Shown: positions 50,202-61,736, counted from the first letter of the stretch. The stretch: DNA of 64,000 nucleotides from an uncultured Verrucomicrobiae bacterium (GCA_963824205.1 CAWGOG010000004.1:149934-213933); one strand, 5' to 3'. The notes: a model not told the origin generated them from the letters alone. A program made the numbers and translations.

Positions 50202-51179
50202 GTGCTCGCCCTCATGAAGGTCCTCCGCATTCTCTCTCTTCATATTGCTCTGTTTTTTGTCACCGCCGGCATCAGCGCCGCAAAGCAGCAGCCGCCGCCG
50301 GGTGGACCAACGGGTCCGACCGGGGCAACGGGACCAACCGGGCCGGCCGGCAAGACGGGCGCAACCGGCCCCACTGGGCCGCGCGGTAATAGCGGCGCAA
50401 CCGGTGCGAGCGGGGCGAACGGAAACACTGGTGCAACCGGTCCGTCTGGTTCAAATGGTGCCCCCGGCCCAACAGGCACAACCGGAGCCACAGGTTCAAC
50501 GGGTGCAACAGGCGGAACCGGAATCACCGGTGCAACGGGCCCCTCTGGTTCGAATGGTGCCACCGGTCCCATCGGCACAACGGGTTCAACCGGTGCCACG
50601 GGTGCGACCGGAGCTGGTTCAACTGGTGCCACCGGCGCGACAGGGGCAACTGGCGAATCCGGCGCTGGCTCAATTATTCCTTTCGCCTCGGGCACGCCTG
50701 TCACGCTAACCACAACTCTCGGCGCGTTCACGAATCAGCTTGGTCTGATCGGGTTTGGCAACTCTAGCAGCGTCCTGCCCTCTGGCCCATTTATCGACCT
50801 CAGAGGTGGCCCCGGGATAAACACAAACTTCGCTTTCTCCGTGCCTCGCGACGGCACATTGACCTCGATTGCTGCCTATTTTAGCCTAACTAGCGCAGAG
50901 TCGTTAGTCGGAACCACGGTGACGGTGACCGCTCAACTTTATAGTTCTTCGACGCCCGATAACTTCTTCCTGCCGGTGCCAGGCGCCGCCGTAACACTAA
51001 CTCCGGCGCTGACGGGCGTCGTGGCCACCGGGACCACCAGCAACGGAATCACCACTGGCCTGTCGATCCCGGTCACAGCGCAAACGCGTTACCTCATGGT
51101 GTTTTCCATCACAAGCACGGGCGTTTCTCTGACAAACACCGTGCCCGGTTACGCCAGCGGCGGGATAACGATCGAGTAA
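50202..51179 (+). CDS. Collagen-like (GXY) secreted protein with BclA/C1q-like C-terminal domain
   Basis: The 325-aa ORF has a signal peptide ([23 protein letters not shown]). About 47 GXY triplets follow ([28 protein letters not shown]...), then a roughly 160-aa Thr/Ser-rich globular C-terminus ([14 protein letters not shown]...TVTAQLYSS...[11 protein letters not shown]). Confidence 0.75.
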   Translation: MLALMKVLRILSLHIALFFVTAGISAAKQQPPPGGPTGPTGATGPTGPAGKTGATGPTGPRGNSGATGASGANGNTGATGPSGSNGAPGPTGTTGATGSTGATGGTGITGATGPSGSNGATGPIGTTGSTGATGATGAGSTGATGATGATGESGAGSIIPFASGTPVTLTTTLGAFTNQLGLIGFGNSSSVLPSGPFIDLRGGPGINTNFAFSVPRDGTLTSIAAYFSLTSAESLVGTTVTVTAQLYSSSTPDNFFLPVPGAAVTLTPALTGVVATGTTSNGITTGLSIPVTAQTRYLMVFSITSTGVSLTNTVPGYASGGITIE

Positions 51180-51272
51180 GTTCGATCGTAAACTCGGTAA
51201 AGGAGCGTGGCTCCCACGGAGCTTTACGCTCTCATCCAGGGAGCGCACGCGCCTGCCCTCAGTGCTTAACTC

Positions 51273-52140
51273 GTGAAATCTTTGAAAGTTCGCCCATGGA
51301 TGCTCGCCTACTCACTCGGGCTACTGGCGCTTTTCATTGTAGTAGAGATTACCGCGCCGCACAGGCCGACTACCCGACCTTTCCTTCTCCGACAACTTTC
51401 GACGTGCTCTGTTATTCTGTTGTTCGTCGGCAACTTTCTCTACGCCTTCACCTACTCACCGCGTAGCGTACAGGACGGCTTGGAAGTTCCTCTTTCCGAT
51501 AACAGCGATCGATTTCATCCTCGAGCTTTTCTACGGCTGGATGGAATCTTCTCAGGATCCAGCCGTCGGCACGGCCATCCGGATTTTCGCTATGATCGCA
51601 ATGATCGTCCTATTCTTTCCGACATTTCGTGCGGGATTTTTGCTTGGCTACGGCCGTCTCGCAGTCGATACACCTCCTGAGATGAGTGGCGATCCCCTTC
51701 ACGAAATAGTAGGAGAACTCAGGCTTCTAAGGAAGACAACGCGAATGTCCTGGGTCATTGTCATCGTTTTGTTAGGCGCTCTCGTTTTGAATAGCTATTT
51801 TCAGATCCACTTTGAGCCCGCCAACGATTCGTGGCCGCGAGTCCGACGGCTTGCCGCATCTGGCAAAATGGACGAAGCGCTCACGGTCGCGCATCGTCTC
51901 GCCGAAAAACAACCGGACAGCCCAGATATTCAAGTTTCCGTGGGGGACCTCGAGTTGAATCTTGGACACCTTCACGAGGCCGAGGAATCGTACGCGCGTG
52001 CGTTCAAGCTTAATCCAAACGAAGTGACCGTGAGTCGACTCAACGCTGTGCGCATAAGAATCGAGGCTGCGGAATCGATACCCTCACTTTCCCCTACCCT
52101 CGCGCCGTCGAACGACGCCGAGCCGTCGTCAACGCCTTAG
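51273..52140 (+). CDS. Hypothetical membrane protein with C-terminal TPR-like segment (two overlapping frames; possible frameshift near 51540-51680)
   Basis: ORF 51273-51680 has TM helices (MLAYSLGLLALFIVVEITA, SVILLFVGNFLYAF). ORF 51541-52140 in the +1 frame has further TM helices and a TPR-like C-terminus (ALTVAHRLAEKQPDSPDIQVSVGDLELNLGHLHEAEESYARAFKLNPNE). Neither frame is complete on its own. Confidence 0.35.
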
Positions 52141-52236
52141 CCGCAGCCAAGAAGAAAAAAGCCGATTGGATTTAGAGAATCGCAACTTCTAACGACTTTC
52201 CTTGTAACCCTTTTTTCTCGCGCCTGTCATATATGT

Positions 52237-52665
52237 ATGTCCAACAACATCCTCAGGCGGTTTCTCGTCGTTTTCGTTAGCCTCGGATTCCTCGGAATAG
52301 CGCGCGCTCAAACGGCCGGCCATGCGGGAGATTCCATTAGCGGTGACTGGGTCCTCCGCTTCCTGCTGGAGAATCAGACTGTTCCTGGAAAAATGAATCT
52401 CAGAGTAGACGGAGAAAAGGTCACCGGCACCATCGAAACTGCCCATACAGGGCCGGGCACTTTTCAAGATGGCAAATGGAGCGACGGAAAACTAACCGCC
52501 ACGCTCGTCTTCGAAAAACACGAATCGATTGCGCTCACTGGCGATCAAAAAGCCGGCACGGCTCAGAAGTTGGAAGGAGAATTTCGGACCGAAGGTCGCG
52601 TTGGAAAATGGGAGGCGGAGCGAGCCTCGGAAAAAGCGCCTGGGTCCACGCCAAACGGAATGTAG
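52237..52665 (+). CDS. Hypothetical secreted protein
   Basis: The 142-aa ORF has a signal peptide (MSNNILRRFLVVFVSLGFLGIARA). No recognisable domain is present. Confidence 0.5.
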   Translation: MSNNILRRFLVVFVSLGFLGIARAQTAGHAGDSISGDWVLRFLLENQTVPGKMNLRVDGEKVTGTIETAHTGPGTFQDGKWSDGKLTATLVFEKHESIALTGDQKAGTAQKLEGEFRTEGRVGKWEAERASEKAPGSTPNGM

Positions 52666-52806
52666 GGTGGCGATTTCTCGCCGCTGTCCTTGGCGCATTG
52701 TTTGACGCGGATCCGGCAAGTCGCCTAAAGTTCTATTGCCACGACCCCTCACCGCACATGCCGAGTTGCGCGCGCAGCTTTCGTCTGCGTTATCACAATC
52801 GTTCTT

Positions 52807-53859
52807 TTGCGATTGGTTTCCGCGGCCGCCGGAGACGATGTCGATCTCCGAAATGTTTGCTGGAAATACATTCGGTATCCCCAATTCGTTTTTCCTGGTG
52901 CTCCTGAACGAACAGGACAGTTCATGATCGGCTCCAGCGGATATGGCGAGGGTAAGCATTTTCGTTTCGATATTATGTGGTTCGGGAAAATGGGGGCGCC
53001 GCAAAAAGGCGCAGCAACGGAAGTTCCGAAGCCGCCGGAAGCGCTCGTCGATCCGCAGAAAATCGTAGTGCGAATGCACTTGCCCTACGGGCAAATCGTC
53101 GAACCGAGCGTGGTCCAGCCAAAAAATGACTGGGACGGAGTTGGAATGTCCGGAGGATGGACAGGTTCGCGGCTCTACATCTTTGCCTGGCAGCGCAACG
53201 CGTTTGATGAAGCATGGATTGAGGTGCGACTTCCAACCCAAACCTATTGGGTCGAGATTCCTTATGGATTTACGCGTAACCCGGCCGATCCGCTGCCTCC
53301 GGCGGAACATGGTCGGGGCCGTCCGGCGTTAGCCCCCCAACTCGCGATGAGGGGCTTCGCGCAAGACGACCGCATTGTTCCCTGGTTAGAGGTTGAATAC
53401 GACCTGGGCGAAATTCAGAACCATTGGAAACTCTCGCCGAGCATCGCCAATCCATTTCAAGCCGGGATCGATTTCACATTCTACAGCGAGTCGACCGACT
53501 GGCGTGCACACACGCCCGTCACGGGTGTCTCGATTAAAACCGCCGACGGAACAAGCAGCGCCGGCGTCAAGGTTGCGTCCCGTTTGGATAATGGACCGTT
53601 TGATAAAATCGACACGTTCAAATTTGGGGCTGAAGGATACGGCGACGACGCGCGCGAATGGGGCACCGTGAGCGCTCGGGTGGACGACAAATCTTTTGAG
53701 TTCGCAGTGCCATCGAGTCTGTTCAAACATCTGCACGGCACAGCCGATTTCGATCCTAAGAAGGAGCTCATGCTCCTACGATCCCCCGACCTCGTCGGAA
53801 GGACATGGCAGGCCGGAGCGGATCAGCTCTTCAATCTTCTGCTAAAGCCAGGCGATTGA
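52807..53859 (+). CDS. Hypothetical protein (start uncertain; possible internal start at 52924)
   Basis: The 350-aa ORF has good coding character and no recognisable domain. It is the last gene before the rRNA leader. Confidence 0.45.
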   Translation: MRLVSAAAGDDVDLRNVCWKYIRYPQFVFPGAPERTGQFMIGSSGYGEGKHFRFDIMWFGKMGAPQKGAATEVPKPPEALVDPQKIVVRMHLPYGQIVEPSVVQPKNDWDGVGMSGGWTGSRLYIFAWQRNAFDEAWIEVRLPTQTYWVEIPYGFTRNPADPLPPAEHGRGRPALAPQLAMRGFAQDDRIVPWLEVEYDLGEIQNHWKLSPSIANPFQAGIDFTFYSESTDWRAHTPVTGVSIKTADGTSSAGVKVASRLDNGPFDKIDTFKFGAEGYGDDAREWGTVSARVDDKSFEFAVPSSLFKHLHGTADFDPKKELMLLRSPDLVGRTWQAGADQLFNLLLKPGD

Positions 53860-54111
53860 GGCGCGAGTTGAGATGGGATCGGTGATGAACACGCCGTCTC
53901 GCGGGGCGGCATGCGCCAATCAATACAAGATTAGTTAACCGACTCGCGGCTCAAAGAGTCGATCCATCTGGTAAGCGCCAGACGAGAATGTCTAAAATCT
54001 GTAAAAGACACCAAGCCCCGAATTGAAACAGAATTTGCCGTGATTCGGGCGCTAAATTGACTCGTTTCCCCAGCGGCGAAGCCTTTTTCCTAAGAAATTA
54101 AAACAGGACAT

Positions 54112-54139
54112 TTGACAGCAAATCGCTGTCGGCTATCTT
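54112..54139 (+). promoter_or_regulatory. Putative sigma70-type rRNA promoter (TTGACA-16nt-TATCTT) with A-rich UP-like region upstream; a second TTGACA is at 54283
   Basis: The -35 TTGACA at 54112-54117 is preceded by aagaaattaaaacagg and followed after a 16-nt spacer by TATCTT. The promoter lies about 515 nt upstream of the 16S 5' end. A repeated ggacatttga motif occurs at 54104 and 54270. The second TTGACA at 54283 has a poor -10. Confidence 0.35.
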
Positions 54140-54652
54140 GCCAGTCCCGCGAGGCGGGTTCCTGGGAGATTCCCTGGAAGTTCTGGTCGAGCTCAAGGCG
54201 AGCTCAGTTATCTGTAATCGGTTACTGGTTAATCGTGTCAGGCAGCTGGGTCTTTTTTTGTACCGGCAAGGACATTTGATCTTTGACAGCTTTGGTCGCG
54301 GTTTCTGAGCACGACTTGTCGTCTCTCTATATATAGAGGGCGGCGAATACAGGAATCGGCGATGAGATTATAGATAGTCAGCGAAAATTGAATTGTGCGT
54401 TACCAAGCTCAGGCTTAGCGGCCTGGGTGTTGGTTTCTTTGATTAAAAAATACAATTTTGCCCTCGGTTGCAGGCGGGGGGAAAGATTAATAAGATCGGA
54501 CAAACCCTGGCTTCAATCCGGAAGACGGATCAGTTTGAAGATGGGAGTCAGGTAAGAAAGTCAGATCGGCCAGTCGTTATAGCGAGGCATTGGCCAACGC
54601 AAACTCTGGGAACTGAATCGGGATTTCGATCCCGGCTACAACCCAATCGTTT

Positions 54653-56226
<1,574 letters not shown>

Positions 56227-56318
56227 TTCATTGCCCTTCTCGAGCTTCGGCTCGGCAAGAGGCGGTTGAATAGGTCGACGGCTAAGTCCGATCTTTTCAG
56301 ATGCTCACCAAGTTCCTC

Positions 56319-56368
56319 GTAGGGGAAGTAGTTAGTTAGTTGGAAGACAAGCAGAGCGCTTCCCCTAC
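56319..56368. repeat. REP-like hairpin (gtaggggaag - 30 nt loop - cttcccctac) in the 16S 3' trailer
   Basis: A 10-bp perfect inverted repeat shares the GTAGGGGAAG core with the elements at 6264-6324 and 56845-56870. Confidence 0.5.
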
Positions 56369-56490
56369 CAGGACAAGGGCATTTGGGATGATCGGATATG
56401 CCGTGAAGACTTTGGAATCGAAAGAAACCAGAGCTCAAGGAAAACGACGTGGTAACGCACAATTCAGTCTTTGCTGCAAACATCGATAAA

Positions 56491-56522
56491 ATGCCGATCC
56501 CTGATGGGGTCGGCATTTTTGT
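56491..56522 (+). terminator. Rho-independent terminator downstream of 16S (atgccgatcc-ctgat-ggggtcggcat + TTTTT)
   Basis: The stem has 10 of 11 paired bases and is followed by tttttgttg. It lies about 275 nt after the 16S 3' end. No tRNA or 23S lies between them. Confidence 0.6.
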
Positions 56523-56844
56523 TGTACCGCAATCCCTAGGAAAGCCGGAACGAAGGAAAAGAGGCCGGGATCATTTCAATTAGGAAGCCAGGACTCCAGG
56601 AGTTGGATCAATTAGGAACCCAGGAAAGCAGGAAATTCTGAAAAGGCTTTAACCTCGGACTCCCTGAATCGCAGATTGCAATTACGAAAACCGGAACTCA
56701 GAAAAGGGCAAGACTACGCGGGATTCTTTCTGGAAGTAACGTCTCGGTGCGGTGATCACGCCACGCCTGCATCACATATTCCGCATGCTGCAGCGAGCAG
56801 GACTGCACTGTAGGGAAGGCGTTGCCTTCCGTTATTTATTAGGC

Positions 56845-56870
56845 GGGAAGCTATCAGCTTCCCCTACAAA
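56845..56870. repeat. REP-like hairpin element gggaagctatcagcttcccctacaaa overlapping the stop codon of the minus-strand gene 56864-57842
   Basis: An 8-bp stem (GGGAAGCT / AGCTTCCC) flanks a 3-nt loop and carries a CCTACAAA tail. The element differs from the 6300-6324 copy only in its loop. Confidence 0.5.
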
Positions 56871-57842
56871 ACGCCGGCAGGATGCCGGTCGAAGCGAGCA
56901 GAATGCTCGCGCTCTCCAAGCTCTCCGCTTTCCGCTTTTACTTCTTTCCTTTCTTGAGCTCCGCCAACGCATCTTTCGCTTCCTGGGCGTTCTCGCCCTT
57001 GGGGATCCACTTTGACGGCTTCCTCGTAATATTTTTTAGAGGCGGCATCGTCGCCCAGATCGCTTGAGACCCGGCCGAGATTGATCAGCACAAGCGCATC
57101 TTTTGGATCGGCCTTGTGCGCTTTCTCCAGCCATTCCTTCGTCTTTTCGTTGTCGCCTTCCACGGAATAATACAAGGCGACATCGTTCAAGGCGTAGGGA
57201 TGATTCGGATATTGCTCGGCCGCGAACTGCGCCATTTTCAGGAAACGCTTGTCGTCATCTTCGTCCTCTTTCTTCTCATAATAAATGGCGTAGCCGTGCA
57301 GCTTTTCCGGGATGAACTTATCCGGCGGATCTGAGAATCTTGTTCCCCATCCAAAGCAAATTCGCCGGATGCGCCTTGGCGTAGGCCACCATCTTTTGAA
57401 GAACGGGAAATTGGGCATCGAAATTCCCGCTCTCCTGATAAATGAAGGCGAGCCCGCACCAGATATCGAGGCGATCGGAGAATTTCCTGGTCGCTTCCTC
57501 GAGCAGATCGGCGGCGCGTTTGGCGTTCTCAGGATCGAGCGGAAATGAAACACTCCCCTCCTCTCCGGTGTCCTTTTTCTTAAGCGGAATATCGCCCGCT
57601 TCCGGTTTCTTTTTGGAAATGTTGAGCTGGCGCTTGTTGAAATAGTAATTCGCGCTCACCACCCACGCCTCGGGATCGTCCGATTTTTTCGCGCGCCATT
57701 CGGTGAGCAAGGCTTCAAGCTCGGCATCGCCGGCTTTTTTGTCGCGTAAGCTCTGGTATTTAGCGGCGTAATTTTCGTCGGCGCGCAGGATCGGCGCGAC
57801 AGCGAGGAAAAGGATCAGGATTGAACGGATGGTAGCGCTCAT
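56864..57842 (-). CDS. Secreted TPR-like/helical repeat protein, apparent frameshift near 57340
   Basis: ORF 57318-57842 has a signal peptide (MSATIRSILILFLAVAPILRA). ORF 56864-57553 in another frame carries helical repeat content (YAIYYEKKEDEDDDKRFLKMAQFAAEQYPNHPYALNDVALYYSVEGDNEKTKEWLEKAHKADPKDALVLINLG). The two join at ...LLWMGNKI / SDPPDKF... Confidence 0.45.
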
Positions 57843-58018
57843 GCGTTAAGCATGGTGCGCTTCCCTAACCGGCGTCGATAAGATTTTGACCGCGGATTAC
57901 ACGGATATTCTAATTAATTTGGAAGCCAAGAAATCAGGAAGGTAGGCCCAGGATTTTGCCCAGTGAGGTTCGGCCGCTTCTTCACCTCAATTCCTGGCTT
58001 CCTGGATTCCAAATTCAA

Positions 58019-59482
58019 TTAGTCTGCCTCTGCTGAGAGCGGGGCGGCGATTTCTTCGAGGGAGACGCGCTCGGCTTTGACCCCGATGATGGCTTCGCAG
58101 ACGGCGGCGAGAACCATGAGCGCAGCGCCAACGAGATAACCGATGAAGAGCGCGTCGCGCGATCCCGTTCCGATGAGCGCGCCGAAAATCCAGGGAGCGA
58201 AGACTCCGCCGGCGAGCGTACCGACAGCGTAAAAAATGGCGATGGCGACTGCGCGGATCTCGAGTGGAAAAATTTCGCTGACGGTGAGATAAGCCGAGCT
58301 CGCGGCGGCGGAGGCGACGAAAAATATGATCGTCCAGGCGAGCGTCTGCGTTTGGGCGGTGAGCAAACCTTCTTGGAAAAGCCAGCCACTGACTGCGAGC
58401 AACAGGCCGGAGACGGCGTAGGTAATCACGATCATGGGCTTGCGGCCGATGGTGTCGAAGAGATGCCCGAGAAGAAGCGGCCCAAGGACATTGCCGAGCG
58501 CGAACGGCAAAAGATATCCGCCAACACTTTCCGCAGGGACGCCGTAGAACCGAGTCAGGACCAACGCATAAGTGAAAAAGATGGCGTTATAAAAGAACGC
58601 CTGGGCAATCATGAGCACAAGGCCGAGGAAGGAGCGCGCGCGATAGCGATGCGCGATGGTGTGCCAGATTTCGCGCCAAGGCGTGTGCGTCCGGGTGATG
58701 ATTCGCGCGGGCAAGGCACCGGGCGGAATTACCTCGGCGGCGCTGAAGCCGGACGATTTCTCGATATCGCCGACGATTTGTTCCGCTTCCTCGGCGCGAC
58801 CGTGAACCATGAGCCAGCGCGGACTTTCCGGAAGCCAGCCCCGAAAGAAAATAACCACAAGGCCGAGAGCCGCACCGATACCGAAGGCGAATCGCCAGCC
58901 TAACGAGATCGGCAGAAATCGTGGATCCAGTAAAATAATCGTCGCACCCGAACCCATGGCGGCCCCGACCCAATAACTGCCATTGATGATCAGATCGACT
59001 CGTCCGCGGACACGCGCGGGAATCAGTTCGTCGATGGCAGAATTGATGGCGGCGTATTCACCGCCGATGCCGGCGCCGGTAAGAGCGCGGAAGAAAATGT
59101 AGCTCGCAAAGCTCCAGGAAAATGCGCTCAGCGCAGTGGCCGTGAGATAAAGGCCGACAGTGATGAAGAATAACTTTTTGCGACCGAGCCGATCGGTGGC
59201 GTAACCAAAGATGAGCGCACCGATGACTGCGCCGGCGAGATAGGCGGTGGCGCTGGCGCCCACCTGCGTTTCAGTAAGGCCGAGGGTTTCACGCCTTGTA
59301 AGAATTCCGCCGAGCGCACCGGCGAGTGTGACTTCAAGGCCATCGAGAATCCAGGTGGCACCGAGAGCGGTTACCACGAGCCAGTGGAAACGGCCCCATG
59401 GCAGGCGGTCGAGCCGCGCAGGGATGTGGGTCTCGATTCTCCCTGGAGTAATGGAGTTTTGGAATGGCGGAGTGATCGGCAC
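58019..59482 (-). CDS. MFS transporter (metabolite:H+ symporter / sugar-porter-like)
   Basis: The 487-aa ORF has 12 predicted TM helices. It carries the MFS motif GYATDRLGRKKLFFITVGLY between TM2 and TM3 and the motif LIPARVRGR, with a central cytoplasmic loop. Confidence 0.9.
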   Translation of the reverse strand: MPITPPFQNSITPGRIETHIPARLDRLPWGRFHWLVVTALGATWILDGLEVTLAGALGGILTRRETLGLTETQVGASATAYLAGAVIGALIFGYATDRLGRKKLFFITVGLYLTATALSAFSWSFASYIFFRALTGAGIGGEYAAINSAIDELIPARVRGRVDLIINGSYWVGAAMGSGATIILLDPRFLPISLGWRFAFGIGAALGLVVIFFRGWLPESPRWLMVHGRAEEAEQIVGDIEKSSGFSAAEVIPPGALPARIITRTHTPWREIWHTIAHRYRARSFLGLVLMIAQAFFYNAIFFTYALVLTRFYGVPAESVGGYLLPFALGNVLGPLLLGHLFDTIGRKPMIVITYAVSGLLLAVSGWLFQEGLLTAQTQTLAWTIIFFVASAAASSAYLTVSEIFPLEIRAVAIAIFYAVGTLAGGVFAPWIFGALIGTGSRDALFIGYLVGAALMVLAAVCEAIIGVKAERVSLEEIAAPLSAEAD

Positions 59483-59750
59483 GCGATCATGCTCATGCTC
59501 TTAATCGTGCTCTTGATCAAGGGCGGACAAGTTCCAGACAGACCTCCAAATTCAACGGCCTCACCTCAGTCCTCTCCTGGGAAGAGAGGAAGAAGAGACT
59601 GGTCATCTTAGCGGGGGCAAACTACCAATTTGTCAGCCCGAACCAAGCCTATTACTCACGAGAAACCAGAGGAGAATAATGGAATTTCCTAAAATTCTCA
59701 CCGTGCCGAGGGCGATATTTGGGCCGGAAAAAACAAGGGAATGTGGTTAG

Positions 59751-60248
59751 GTGTTCGGCTTGAAATTTCAGGATATTCTAACCGGCGTTCTTAAGACAAT
59801 CGGGGTCGTTTTTCTGCTCGGCGTGGCCGTGCTGCTGGTCGTGCTTGAACTCAACCGGATCCATCGCCCGCCCGAAAGTTGGCACGCTCATGCCTCGGCT
59901 TTGCTCCTTTTTCTGTTTTGCCTAACCGCGGCCTACTCTTTGATCCAACCCGCTGGAGATTCAGTTGCAACTATCTCATGTCCTCGCTGCCATTCTCTGG
60001 GCGGACATCTTGCCGGCTCATCACTCGGACCGTCTCACAGCCGACTTGGTTCTCACTTTGGCGGAATTCTGTTCAATATCATCTACGCATCAAGCCGGCC
60101 GCAAAGGTTTCGCTGTCGTCAATGCGAGACGTCGTTTGAGGAGCGCACGTCCGTTTCGCGCCGATACCAGGTGCTGCTGGTGTTGCTGGTGGCATTGATT
60201 GCCAACTACCTTTGGTGGGAGATCTCGGATTTCTGGTATCAGAACTGA
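59751..60248 (+). CDS. Hypothetical membrane protein with CxxC...CxxC zinc-ribbon-like motif
   Basis: The 165-aa ORF has TM helices at both ends. The central region CPRCHSLGGHL...CRQCETSF contains the zinc-ribbon-like motif. Coding is inferred from ORF length only. Confidence 0.35.
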   Translation: MFGLKFQDILTGVLKTIGVVFLLGVAVLLVVLELNRIHRPPESWHAHASALLLFLFCLTAAYSLIQPAGDSVATISCPRCHSLGGHLAGSSLGPSHSRLGSHFGGILFNIIYASSRPQRFRCRQCETSFEERTSVSRRYQVLLVLLVALIANYLWWEISDFWYQN

Positions 60249-60336
60249 CGGAGCCCGACGCCCATTACGTTGCTCCGATGAATTGCTTTTTCGCGCCTTT
60301 CCTCTACCATTCCCGTCTCAGTTCTCGGTTTTCAAC

Positions 60337-60409
60337 GGGGGCATAGCTCAGTTGGTAGAGCGCCAGCTTTGCAAGCTGGATGTCAGGGGTTCGAATCCCC
60401 TTGCCTCCA
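60337..60409 (+). tRNA. tRNA-Ala (anticodon TGC), no encoded CCA
   Basis: GGGGGCATAGCTCAGTTGGTAGAGCGCCAGCTTTGCAAGCTGGATGTCAGGGGTTCGAATCCCCTTGCCTCCA folds as a cloverleaf. The G3:U70 wobble pair is the tRNA-Ala identity element. The anticodon loop is CTTTGCAAG. Confidence 0.9.
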
Positions 60410-60824
60410 ATGAAATGCTGAAATCCTGACAAGCTGAAAAGCTGAAATGGAATCGCGCGCTGGACGGAGATGAGAACTCGTTCGGCTGGTGGGGGCGCGA
60501 AGCGCAGGGTCGCAAAGCGACGCTCATTCTCCAGAGCCGGCGCGAAGCGCTGGATAATTCCCTTGCCTCCAATCTGAAATAGCGGAAACCGGACAAGCTG
60601 AGAAACGCTGAAATGCGAATCTCGCGCTAGAGCAGGAGATGAGAACTTGTTCGGCTGGTGGGGGCGCGAAGCGCAGGGTCGCAAAGCAACGGCTCATTCT
60701 CCAGAGCCGGCGCAAAGCGCTGGATAATCCCCTTGCCTCCAATGAAATGCTGAAATCCTGACAAGCTGAAAAGCTGAAATGGAATCGCGCTGGACGGAGA
60801 TGGGAACTTGTTCGACTTCATTCT
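60397..60824 (+). repeat. About 2.5 tandem copies of a ~170-bp unit, each starting with the last 12 nt of tRNA-Ala (ccccttgcctcca)
   Basis: Unit 1 spans 60397-60566, unit 2 spans 60567-60735 and partial unit 3 spans 60736-60824. Units 1 and 3 are nearly identical (ccccttgcctccaatgaaatgctgaaatcctgacaagctgaaaagctgaaatggaatcgcgc...). Unit 2 is diverged in its first 60 nt. All share the block ttcggctggtgggggcgcgaagcgcagggtcgcaaagcgacgctcattctccagagccggcgcgaagcgctggataat. Confidence 0.7.
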
Positions 60825-60878
60825 TTTTGTAGGTCTACGGCCGGCATCAATGGCATAGCATGTGCATCCCCTCCCCTT

Positions 60879-61661
60879 ATGCCTCGGAAAATAGCACGCT
60901 ACGGCTGGATTCCGGATTTACCGGACAACCGCGATTACATTCTCAAGGCCAGCCCGCGCGCGCTGGCACGTTTGCCGGTTAGTGTTGACCTAACGAAAAA
61001 GTGTCCACCGGTTTACGACCAGGGCGAGATTGGAAGCTGCACGGCCAACGCCATTGCCGGCGCGATCGAGTTCGACCAGATGAAACAGAAGATGCGGGGC
61101 GTCTTTCTGCCATCGCGCCTTTTCATCTATTATAATGAGCGCGTCATCGAGCACACGGTCGACCAGGATTCCGGCGCGATGATCCGGGACGGCATCAAGA
61201 GTGTCTCGAGCGAGGGCGTGTGTGCCGAGAAGCTCTGGCCTTACGATCCGGATCCGTTTCCGGGAAATACCCGCCTAACGAAGAAGCCATCAACCAAATG
61301 TTACAAGGAAGCGCTCAAGCACACGGCCGTGCAGTATGAACGCGTGCCGCGCGTCCTTGCGCACATGAAAGCGTGTCTCGCTTCCGGCTACCCCTTCGTA
61401 ATCGGGTTCACGGTTTACGAAAGTTTTGAAAGTGATGAAGTGGCGAAGGATGGCGTCATGCCGATGCCGGCGCCGCGCGAACAAGTGGTCGGCGGCCATG
61501 CCGTTGTCGCGGTGGGTTACGACGACAAGGCCGACCGGTTTCGGATGAGGAATTCGTGGGGCACGGATTGGGGAGTGCAAGGTTACTTCACCATGCCTTA
61601 CGCATATCTGTTGAACGAAAATCTCTCGGACGACTTCTGGAAGATCACCTTAGTGAAATGA
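60879..61661 (+). CDS. Papain-family (C1A) cysteine peptidase
   Basis: The 260-aa ORF has the catalytic Cys in QGEIGSCTANA (QGxCGSC-type) and the catalytic His in GGHAVVAVGYD. The Asn/Trp motif MRNSWGTDWG is also present. Confidence 0.85.
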   Translation: MPRKIARYGWIPDLPDNRDYILKASPRALARLPVSVDLTKKCPPVYDQGEIGSCTANAIAGAIEFDQMKQKMRGVFLPSRLFIYYNERVIEHTVDQDSGAMIRDGIKSVSSEGVCAEKLWPYDPDPFPGNTRLTKKPSTKCYKEALKHTAVQYERVPRVLAHMKACLASGYPFVIGFTVYESFESDEVAKDGVMPMPAPREQVVGGHAVVAVGYDDKADRFRMRNSWGTDWGVQGYFTMPYAYLLNENLSDDFWKITLVK

Positions 61662-61736
61662 CGAAGACGAATGCCGAGTGACGAAATGGTAATTTTTTGG
61701 CCTCTCCTTGCCTTCGGTCGGTGATACATCAGGGCG

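Noticed and set aside
54283-54311. Second rRNA promoter (TTGACA at 54283 + 17 nt + TGAGCA)
   Set aside because: The -10 hexamer matches poorly. It was mentioned under the first promoter feature and is not called as a separate feature.
60199-60429. 76-aa ORF overlapping tRNA-Ala
   Set aside because: It overlaps a well-supported tRNA gene, and its translation shows no protein features.
60397-60824. Possible CRISPR array after tRNA-Ala
   Set aside because: The repeat unit is about 170 bp with no short direct repeats separated by unique spacers. No cas genes are nearby. It was annotated instead as a tRNA-3'-end-containing tandem repeat.
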